Shown one piece after another: positions 1 to 10,912 of a stretch of DNA of 64,000 bases (its first letter is position 1; the number at the start of each line of letters is the position of its first letter). The position numbers and the translations under genes were made by a program. The notes under the pieces are model-generated. The model was not told where the DNA came from and made no database searches. It worked only from the letters and a program-made list of their open reading frames with translations. The stretch is from Paraphysomonas bandaiensis (lineage: Eukaryota > Protista > Chrysophyceae), in the NCBI GenBank assembly GCA_965644295.1, contig CBFFRP010000071.1, positions 124,001-188,000 on the forward strand. Direction: 5' to 3'.

Positions 1-3000
1 GTACCACAACTTCTTGAAAGCCAAAAGACCATAAATCCGTTAAGAAGTGAGGCGGTAAAAAGGTTAAGAAGCAAGAGTACGCCAATCACATACCACATCA
101 CAAAATATAACCTTGAAGAAGTGCCGTTAGTCACTGATTCTATGCCTTCCGAGGTGATGTCCATGTTATTGACCATAAGGAGCGTAAAGAGTGTACCCAT
201 TGCAGATAAGATATCATTGAAATTTAAAACATAATAGTTCTTTTCACCGAAAGATGTTTCTGATAGTGTCGTATACGTACCATTACCGGATGCCTGAATG
301 AACCCACCAAATGCCTGCGGTGCGTAGTTACCAAAGAAAATCAACAATGTCACTAAGACTACTAACCTTAACTCCAACCCCAGCAAATACTAACCCAATG
401 GTCAGTAATAACAGCAGCAACAGAATAACATCCAGAGCACCTAGCATAATATAAACGCATAAAACAGTATTTTTAATGACTGCATACCGACTACGCAACG
501 ACGTATTCCAAATTTAAGAGCACGCCGATAGGGTCTCATAGAATCCAACAGAAAGATGTTGCGTGGAAACAAAATCACGCGAACAGCTGCAGCATATATA
601 AAAGTGGTGCGTGAAAAATCAACCAGGACCACTCCAGCCTGAGTAATGGTTACAATAATTCATGCACAACTGTGTAAAGTGTATACAAAGCACAATCTAA
701 TGCCGATACGCCAATATGATGATTGCATTACACATACCATGACAGTAGTTAGAGCCATGTCTTGAAAATATCTATAACTCGCCAGAAATCTAACGCCCAC
801 AGTGTGAAAGGGTGCGGCAAAAAACATCACATCATACCTTCTTATTCCCTTGGCCCACATTCTCAATATAGTTTCCAGTACACAAAACACAGTGATAACT
901 ACCGCTAGGGCAAAATCACATGCACCGCACACCGCAGCGAAACAGAGGCACGTCACAATGAAGTCATGTGAAAACTCAAATTCTTTGCAGTTAATCTGCG
1001 CACTTAGCCATTGTACAGAAGCAAATGCCGGCATTGCGAGCTGTCCTAAACCAGATTGCACGGAGTCCAAACGCGGTTTCGACTTCAGAAGATACTCATA
1101 TCGCGAGGCAAGCCATTGTAGGCGTATATCATTGTCGAAAAAAATGACAATATCGTTAGAATCCTGAGCGACTTGTGGCATGGAAACATCAGGAGAGTTT
1201 GACAAAACAACACTACCCCTGCCCGGAATTACAGATGGAAGTAGCATTGGGTGGTCATGAGAAAAACTCAGTAAGTCTTGAACATTTTCATTGTGATATG
1301 TATTGACATCAAACACACCTTCCGATATGCCCCGATTATCACCGGAGAAAGATACATCTGCTACATCTTCACAAATACTTTCGAGAACAGAACCCCTATC
1401 ATAGATAGATCGCATTTCAGGTGATGCATTCAATTCCATATCTATTGGTTTGCTACAACTGAGCACTGGAAGTGATTTAAGAAACTTGGCACAGTCCGTC
1501 TCAAGAACGACAGTAAGAAACAACTGGAAGAATAACTCACGTGGCATCCCAGAGTCGTAAATGTTCTTCACAGCATCAGACCGACGGTGTACAGCAGTCT
1601 TTCTCAAAGTAGATACAGAGGAGCGAATTCCAAAAGCATAACTGTACGAAGTCGCCATCGCTTCTCCGTGTAAACGAAGCAAAGGCTGAATATCCAACAG
1701 CGGTAGAGGAGAGGTGTATTCCTCAAACCAGTCGAAATTTGGACGAAATTTCTTCAATATCTTTGCCTTTGACCACGGGTCTTCATCCTGTTGTCTCATA
1801 TGTTCCTGTGTGTCTTCCATAGGCTTCGATTTGACTTTGGAAGGTGCAGAGTCTGCTGAAGAAGCTTGTGTAGGCCTATAATCTCGTTGTACGCGTAATG
1901 TCTCCAATTGAGCCGCTCTGTAGTGAATATTCATAACAGCCAAAAGTATGTCAGTATCTTCGTTGAACTCGGAATCTCTTGCCTCCAATCCACTTTCCGG
2001 TGGTCGTATGCCACGTATCCGAGAAAATTTACAGGTAATTTCACGTAGAAGATCTTTAAAATGCAACACCGGAATGGCTGAGTCTCGCTGCATTGAGGGA
2101 CATGTGTCAGGGTTCATGGACAGCATTTTCTCATAAGCGTTTGTAATATTCATAAGGGTACGTGTATGACAAGATATCCGGGAATTCCTTTGCATAGCCC
2201 TGAGAGAAGTTATTTCACAGAATACATTTGATAATAGTAAAACGAAACCTGAAGAATCCAAGCAAGAGGCCAGATATAACGTTGAGCATTCCCCAACTAG
2301 CAACCAGTAGGAATGCAAAGAAAAAGAAAAAAAGAAGTTTAGACTCCTAGAATATAAAGTTAGTGAGTTGTATGCTGGTCAGTACGTTGATGTGCGCATA
2401 AAGCATTACAAATTACAATTATACCTCGTATGACCACACAAAAGGATCGGGCCATGCAGCAGCATTCATAACTGTGAACATCGTCCACAAACCTTCAGCA
2501 TACGACTCAAAATACTTAGCACCCGTGTCAGACTTGGGATTGATGAGCATCATTGCAAGAGCCGTGTATACCACCAACAACCCACCCAGCAAAAGAATGA
2601 GATAAAGAAAACGTGGTATCGTACGAACAGCTATCTTCAGCATAGAAAAATACCTCTTCTCCAACAATAGTGCATATACGCATTCAAGAGGGAATATATT
2701 TAGCCATACTGACGAGCGGACAAATCTTGCTGCATCATCACCAGCAGCATTTACAGATACGAAAAGGAAATGAAGAAGTAATTCACACCATTTGAGGCCA
2801 TACAATACCAGCAATATGTGGAATACATATCGTCTGAACGTTCTAGTGCGGCCAGATTTCCAGTACCACTTTTTTCGATCTCGGTAAACTTTCCTACCCG
2901 CTGTAGCAGTCGAATTTACTTTCGAGTTTGATATATTTTCCCCTTCATCATCGTTGTTTTCCTCGTCTTCATTCTCTTCTTTTATCGTATGTTGACCGAA

Positions 3001-3701
3001 CCTGTGCGCAGACAATGTATCCCGACTGCTAACCCCATCTCCATCTAATGCGGGGCCAACTTGTGATAGATGTATACCCGAGCTAACCTCATCACTATCA
3101 AGTGAAACATTCTTTTCTCCACTATATTCGTAGCGAAATATCTCAACTATGGCATCCAAAACTAAACTGATACCAAGCACAACCATGACCAAAGCTTGGA
3201 TCCCAAGAATAATGTCATCATTGATGTAGCCCAGGTTCGAGACCTTGAATCTAAAAAGCTATCAAATTGAATTATGCGTCAGTTGTAAATGACTAAACCA
3301 CCTTTCCGAGTCATTCCAGTCGTGATATCTGAAAGTCCAGTTGGGTTTGCGAAATACTTCCAAAATAATCACGACCCATGCTGCAGCTCGAAACACAGAG
3401 TGATACTATAGTACAACTATGGTTAATACAATACAATGACATGAGATTATCCTCACCTGCTGTCGGTATGCATAGCAGTCCCTCTCAACAGTCGATTGAA
3501 ACGGCTCTTCAAAGAATTCACCTGTAAATAATGAGACGATTGAGACAGTTATGAGCGACAGATAAACCCAACCATCAATAGCGAGCTGCACTGATACAGC
3601 AGCACTCTCAAGAGGAGTCAGAGGAACACGCCCCTCCAGCCAGTCCTGAGAGAGACTCCCTTAATACACACACACATACAGTGTATGCGTTTACCTTCCA
3701 T
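1..3701 (-). CDS. Two-pore channel (TPC)-like cation channel, multi-exon, C-terminus beyond the left edge of the window
   Basis: N-terminal AAVSVQLAIDG resembles plant TPC1 AAALVDLAEDG. Pore 1 YFESYAEGLWTMFTVMNAAAWPD (ORF 2419-3192). Pore 2 translated by hand from about 20-315: NYYVLNFNDILSAMGTLFTLLMVNNMD...LYFVMWYVIGVLLLLNLFTA. Candidate ATG at 3701 splices in frame across a short GT-AG intron. Exon boundaries only partly resolved. Confidence 0.8.
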
Positions 3702-4134
3702 GATATATACGAGCTCATATGAAGACCACAGCCATGAGAACTATCTCGAATGATTGCACTGAGCTCACCTTCTAGTGGACTTGTGTGCTATGGATGATAT
3801 CTAGAGCCACTGGGCCTCATGGCCAACATACAGCACTATCCAAACCAACATACAAAACTGTGCTTTTATCAGGCATATATATAAAAACCCGGTATTTGTA
3901 AGTAGATTTTTTGAAAATATCGATTATTTACTGCATCTACAGTGGCAGATACAAACATATGTTGCTGCTCCATATGGTAAACGTACCTATGTACTGTACT
4001 GTACGTACATACATACAGACCAGCTGCTGATGTGTTGGTTGTGCGTGGGCTGCATATGGATACACTGGATATAAGCGCACAGGTGTCCACCGCGTAATTA
4101 GAGCACGATCTATCTCTAGCGGTGTCTATCTGTT

Positions 4135-7100
4135 ATGATGGACACGAAGGGAAGTATTGACGATAAGAATCTGTTGAATGCAGCGCATATTTCCTCCAGT
4201 GTGGACCCGCAGGAGGCAGGCGTCCCCATCGTATGGATGAAGCACTCCACAGTTAATCTCTATATCTATATCGTATTATCTGTTTTATCCGGTGGTCTTC
4301 TACACGTATTCTGTACAGTGCACCCCAAGTGGAAGGACTGGTGCCTTGCATCCCCGTGTGATGCTCCTGATGCCGACTCTGCTGTTGTCACTGTAGATGG
4401 CGTCAAAAATGTCGTGAAAGTCCAACATAATGATGTGGATGGGAAAAAGATTATATCTGTTGAAGCTGTTTGCAAAAGATACTGGGCATCGGCTACGGAT
4501 GGGTGGATACTTCGTCCAGTGGATGATGTACCAGCACATTTTTCTGATCTGGTGCAAGAGGCGCCCACATCGACTGAGAAAATTTCCAGAAAGATGTATT
4601 TTGCTTTGTACGGTCTCAATGTAATGGAGTTACCGAAGGCCTCGTTTTGGGACATATTAGCAGTTACTATATTTCATCCTTTCTATATATTCCAGTATTT
4701 CGCCGTAATAGTCTGGATGTTCGAGGACTATATTCTGTACGCCTGCGTTATTTTATTAATTACTGGCGGCGCAATTTACCTTACTACTTCGGAGACTGTG
4801 TTTAATCTTAGACGTCTTCACGACCTTGCAGGTATATCGTCTACTGTATCTGTTATTCTACCAAGTGGCGAAATTGTCGAAGTGTCCGATAAAGAGCTTG
4901 TGCCTGGCGATAGATTTATTATCAAGCAGGGTACAGCCATGCCTTGTGATGCTGTGCTTGTGTCAGGCCGTGTAAGCGTGGATGAGTCGATGTTAACTGG
5001 TGAGAGTGTACCTGTCAACAAGACACCTGTGGTTGAATCCGTCTTCTCCACCCGTAATCCGGATGGGTCACCAATGAGTAACCAGGCTGCACTTGGTAGA
5101 TATCCTGGACACGTTTTGTTCAGTGGCACCAAGGTACTACTCACGTCGAGTAGGGGAAGTGGAACAGAGGGGTCATCTGAGCAGTGTGTTGCCGTAGTTT
5201 ATCGTACTGGCTTTCGGTCGGCAAAAGGGCAGCTGATTGCTACACTTCTCAATCCAAAGGAGAACTTTTTGAGTTTCTTTTCTGATGCTCTGTGGGTAAT
5301 CCTCTTTATGGCTGTTTTGTGCACTGTGCTATATATATGGAGTGCAGTATATCTGAGGAAAAATAACGCAACGTGGGGAGATATCTGTTTAAAATACCTT
5401 GATGCGATCACGATAGCTGTTCCTCCTGCTCTAACAGCGAGTCTGACTGTGGCGACTGGCATATCCATTGACCGGTTACGGAAGAAGAATATCTTCGTTT
5501 CTGAGAGCACTCGGGTTAATTGGGCAGGCATTATCGGGGCAGTATGTTTTGATAAGACGGGGACACTCACAGAAGAGCGGCTTCACTTCAAGGGTGTGTC
5601 TGTTCCAGAGCACATTGCAGCAGCTGCAAACACCAGTGTCACCAGTCCTGATTCATGCTTTTCTGCCCAAAAAGCAGTGTCGTCAGTAGAGTTATCTCCT
5701 GACTCTGAGAATATCCCGCTGCCTTGTATGGAGCTTATGGCGACTTGCCATGCCCTTGCAGTGATAAACGGAACTCCTCTGGGTGACCCATTAGAAGTTG
5801 AATTGTTTCGGGCCTCAGGATATAGTTTACAGACGCCATCGACAGGGGAGGGAGAACATAGTTTGTCCGCACACCCACCAGGCCCACCGACCTCATCTAA
5901 TGGGTACAAGATTCTTCGTCACTTCGAGTTTACCTCGGATCGTTTACGTGCTGGATCTTTGGTGCAACGTCCGGAAGGAACATGTGTCTACTACTGCAAA
6001 GGGTCTCCCGAGATTATTATTAATCTAGTACGTCAGGAGACTGTCCCCCCTGATATTCATACGACTCTAAACTCATTGTCAAAGAGAGGTCTGAGAGTGC
6101 TTGCTCTCTGCTACAAGCTGGTTGCCAATCCATTACCAGGTGGGGTTGATGCCTTATCAGCACCTCAGAGTGCACTAGAAGAGGACATGGTATTTCTAGG
6201 TTTGGTCTTTCTGAGTAATGCGTTAAAGGCGGAAACAGTGTCCACAATCAGTGCACTCCGTAAAGCAGATATTAAGTGTAACATGATTACCGGTGATCAT
6301 ATATACACGGCCATTGCAATAGCAACTGACTGTGGGTTGCTAGTGCCTGGCCAAGATGTGAACATCATTGATGCTGAAGAGAGTTCACCGTCGGGTATAG
6401 CAATCACTAGCACACGTACCGAGGGTGTTGTGTCCACTAACCTCTTTGATTTCATGACTCATATTGACCGTCCGACAGATTCTCAAAATTCTACTAGCAC
6501 TCAGATAGCAGTCACGGGTCGGGGATTAGAGGTCGTGAAAACCCGACATGCGTATGTTCTTAAGATTCTTCTGGAGTGTACTCAAGTCTTCGCTCGTATG
6601 AAACCTTCAGATAAACAATATATTGTGGATGAGCTTCAGCGCATGACGGAGAAAGAGGTCCACCAGCATGTGCACGATTCTTCTATGGATGCGGGAGATA
6701 ATAATGTCCAAATATCGTCTGACAAAACTTCAACTCATGGATTACTCGGTGCATCAGGGACCACAATTATAGATAACGTGTCCACTGCAGTGAATATGAG
6801 TGACGATGGGCGCGGTAACCTCCATGTACTATTTTGTGGAGATGGTGCAAATGTATGTTGCTACAATCTGCTTTGTTTGTTGTGTGATAGTTGACTTTAA
6901 GGACATGGCCGCCCTTCGTGCTGCTACAGTAGGAGTGTCTCTTTGTGAAGCGGAGACTAGTGTAGCTGCCCCGATTACCTCCAGGCTGCAAACGCCAGGG
7001 TCTGTTGTGGATGTGATCAAAGAAGGAAGGTATGTACACTGTGCGTATTAATTTTTTTGTCAGACATATCACAGGTGCTCGTTAATTACCGCTTATGTTT

Positions 7101-7747
7101 TGGTGGCTTTCAACATAATGTATGGGACCATTCAGCTCTTTATGGCGGTAATGATGTATAACTATGGTTTGGAAGTTGGTGACAACACTTATCTTATCCA
7201 AGACCTATTTTATACTCTTGTTTTGGGGCTAGTTATTGCTGTTACTCCTCCTAGTGCAGAACTCAGCGAAGAACTCCCCCCGCAGCGCTTCTTCACGAAA
7301 TACTTTTGCTTCAAGCTGTTCTCTCAGATAATATGTTTCCCAATATTTCAGTTGATTGGCTTGCGTGCTTTGGCAGCTCAGTCCTGGTATCACAAGTACG
7401 ATTTTGGTGACGATCCTCTGACAGAAACCTACGCATACGAAACAAGTGTGATTGCGTCCCTCGGGTTGGCGCAGGTCATGATTGCATCTGTAGTCGCCAC
7501 CATTGATGAGCCCTTTAGAAAGATGTGGTACACCAATAAATACCACACCACTGCTCTACTCTTTCAAAGTGGGTTTCTGGCCTATCAAATATTTGGCAGG
7601 AAAAGCAAGTTCATGGAAGATGTTCTTGAGATACGACCTCTCCATCTTGACTTCTGTTGGATTCTAGTAGCAATAATCGCGCTGAATTGCGCTGTGTCAG
7701 GATTTTTATCATGGTGTGCAGACCTCATCAAGAAACATCTATCATAG
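4135..7747 (+). CDS. P5-type (P5B, ATP13A-like) P-type ATPase, 3 exons
   Basis: Motifs LTGES, PPAL, DKTGTLT, GDPLE, KGSPE, MITGD, FARM.P..K, CGDGAND. Introns 6853-6901 and 7030-7074 (GT-AG) join the ORF pieces in frame. C-terminal transmembrane helices in 7100-7747. Confidence 0.92.
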
Positions 7748-8071
7748 TGACAACTAATCACAGTGAAGATGTACACCAAATCCCAATTAGCAAATTTGTC
7801 TAATATCATGCCTAGCTGACGTAGCAGCACGTTGATATATTAGCTTTTGCAGTCATATGTACTTTGTCAAAGTTTTGTGTGCTACAAGCAGTTCATACTA
7901 GCTAATGCGTAACTAATACACCTTCTTTAGAGTATGTCAACCACCATATTGAGTAGTCGTTAGTCTAACACCTCTCACCTTCTTGTAGGATATGCGCCGT
8001 AAGGTTAGGATGAAAGGTAAAATAATAATCCAAAGTCTAATGATTTAAAATATACAACGCCCGTTCGATAC

Positions 8072-9300
8072 TGTTGAGTTCTGCAATATGATGTGATATA
8101 TATTGTGCAATTGAAGTGAGTTAACAGTGTGCAATTATAGGTAAAGTCAACTCATAGGTGTAACGGGTGATTATAGTAGTTACAAAGGAATTAAATTCAG
8201 TTACTGATGTGTGACTATACAAGATATAGAACTGACTGATGAACATATGATAAACAGATGTTGCTGGGAACAGATGTTTCAACATATGTTACACGAATAT
8301 GTAGTGAAGTGTTCAGAATAATAATTATAATTTCTTACTTGAAAGTGCATTGTGTTCAACAGCAAGGTTACGGTTTACGTGTAGAGCAAAGTTAACTTCA
8401 GTGAAATGTCCAAAGCTAACATGGTAGCGAGTGGTAGCTCTGATGAGGCGATGGAGGACAGCAAGGTGCTGAAGTTTGACAAGTGAAACGACACGTGTGT
8501 TGTAACGATTTGGGAGGCATGTGAACATGACGCAGATGTGTTGGAGGGTGCCGACCGATACATGGAGGCGACTACCACATGATGATCCCAATAAGGAGGT
8601 TTTGTCCAATCATATGCTTCAAACGCTGGTGGATAGGTCTAGGAGTGAGTTGGGAGTAGTACTCCAAAAGACTACAGCGAAATACCAGCTTGTAAATATT
8701 GGCCAATGATATGGACGAAATAGAGATTGATAGGCTGAAATGTATTTTCTACTAAAACTGCCTTCTACACTGAGCAGAGCAGCAGAGCAGTGCAGCTGTT
8801 CATAGTTAACGAGCAGAGAGTGCTGAACATATACATGAACAGAGACAGAGACAGAGTTCATCGGCGGAATGGTGCTAATATGAAGATGATGATGTCTCAT
8901 CTGGAGGGGAGTCCAATATGATAGAATCTGATGGTGAAGTGCTTATGACTGAAACAGTAGACCAACGAGTGTATCTAGACAGTTGTGCCGGAAAGCAGCT
9001 ATTCATTGTTGTTAAATATCATAGAGTGCTAGAGAAATATGAAGCAGAGCCAGGAGTCATATCTCTGACGAAGAAGGGGTCAGCAATGGAGACTCAAGGA
9101 GTAGGAAGCTTTCAACACTGGCAAAAGAGAAGGCATCAAAGTATGTGAAGATGCGGTGAAGAATATTGTCTCAGGCGGAATGCTGCGGGCACTGGTGTGT
9201 GGATTGGAACTACTTAGAATACCGAGAATTGTAGAGTTAAACACTGGTAGAGAGGTGCTGGCTGGAGACTATGATGAGAATGGAGGAATGCCATGGGAGG
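8072..9300 (+). mobile_element. Degenerate Ty1/copia-like LTR retrotransposon relic (candidate LTR 8072-8361, broken gag, protease remnant)
   Basis: TGTTGA...TCAACA termini bound about 290 bp. Downstream frames are interrupted by stops. 8918-9200 gives VYLDSCAGKQLF...METQGVG...VCEDAVKNIVSGGML, which resembles the copia protease pattern (LDSGAS...G.G...NLISVG.L). Confidence 0.5.
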
Positions 9301-9782
9301 CACTATATAATATTATGACGTTTTGAATTTGCCTATTATTACGTCATCATGCCATCATGTAATGGAGGAAAATGCCAAGGAGGACAGTAAAGTTAGTGGA
9401 TGTTGCCTTATGAGTGTGTTCCTGGGAGGAAAGGTGCCCGAGTTATCCTGGTTGAGAGGAAATGGGGGTGCAAGGCGTATGTATTAGTCATCATGTATCT
9501 GTCAATGTCATCATCATGAATATATACAATACTTTGATGTTAAAACTACACACTTGATGTGGTTTATAGTAAGAATTGACGTTAACATGTTCGTGTTGTA
9601 CACATGTGTCCTTATTAAAATAGTAGTCGAAGCATTAACATTAAAACAAGTCAAACAAGGCTAGCACTATGATATCAACAAAGAGCACAGTTATTATAGA
9701 GAATACTATAATACAATATACCAGTAATAGCAAGCATGGATCTGCACTGGATAGAGAAGATAACCAACACGGGTTTTTTATG

Positions 9783-9931
9783 CACTTAAGCACTTACAAC
9801 TCATCGTCTGAATGAATTTCGAAATCCTCAACAATGGATGATCAAAGTGAGTTGGTGGATGGCTGTATGGGGTCATCCATTGTTGAGGATTTCGAAATTC
9901 ATTCAGACGATGAGTTGTAAGTGCTTAAGTG
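9783..9931. repeat. Perfect 59-bp inverted repeat with 31-nt spacer
   Basis: 9783-9841 is the exact reverse complement of 9873-9931, checked base by base. Confidence 0.95.
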
Positions 9932-10374
9932 AAACGCATTCAAATAAGGATATGAAATTGATTTAGTGATGTAGCACTGTTATGAACACATTATTGAAAG
10001 GATTTATTAATTCACCTGAGTACGTTACACTCAACTCGGTACTGTCTTTCCAGACTCGACATTAACTGCACTCACTCGTCTCTCATAGCCTATGCCGAAT
10101 CCAGCAGAGTCTCAGTATCTGTCTTGGATTGCTTTCTCTTGGCTGGCATAGTACAGATATAGAGTGGAGTATGTATATTTGTGGTGTAGATATATATCGA
10201 CCAGGAAGCATGTCTGCAACGCCATATCCGACTTTGCACCTGGCCTGGTCTAGAAAATGCTGAACCAGGCCAAAAATTTCTTAGCTAGAATTGGATGAAA
10301 AAACTGTTGTTCCTACCGAGCTTTTTTTTGTATGGAAACCAATGGGAAGATACTGTGAACATAAGATGAGAGTT

Positions 10375-10585
10375 TGTATGTATGTATGCGTGTATGTATG
10401 TATGTATGTATGTATGTATGTATGTATGTATGTATGTATGTATGTATGTATGTATGTATGTATGTATGTATGTATGTATGTATGTATGTATGTATGTATG
10501 TATGTATGTATGTATGTATGTATGTATGTATGTATGTATGTATGTATGTATGTATGTATGTATGTATGTATGTATGTACGTATGT
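10375..10585 (+). repeat. (TATG)n microsatellite, about 50 units
   Basis: Direct reading. Ends about 330 bp upstream of the MetH ATG. Confidence 0.97.
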
Positions 10586-10912
10586 AGAGCAGCACTCAGT
10601 AGAATTTCTGTCTAATGGTACGGAACTAGTACTATTCTTACACGGTATCCAGTATTCTCGAAGCTATAGCAAAAAAACAAGATGGTCTCATTGTTCTGGT
10701 GCTCCTGCCTCATAAATCACACCCAATCAATTTATATTTCTATCATTTAATTAGTCGAGAATTCAAGTGGTCGAGAGGAGTGCTGTAATCCACAAGTTTT
10801 CGTTAGCCTTCTCCATCCTGCCTACACATGAGCTGATCTTCTCCTCATCCTGCGCATCAATCCACATATAGATGAGCTGTTACCGTTAGAGTACAGCTTA
10901 GTTATAATAAAT

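Noticed and set aside
10291-10715. MYVC-repeat ORFs upstream of MetH as a Met/Cys-sensing leader peptide
   Set aside because: They are the automatic translation of (TATG)n. The same arrays precede SF1 and NOC2, so nothing ties them to sulfur metabolism.
9700-10912. Cobalamin or SAM riboswitch upstream of MetH
   Set aside because: No B12-box or SAM consensus recognised by eye. An Rfam scan would be needed to exclude it formally.
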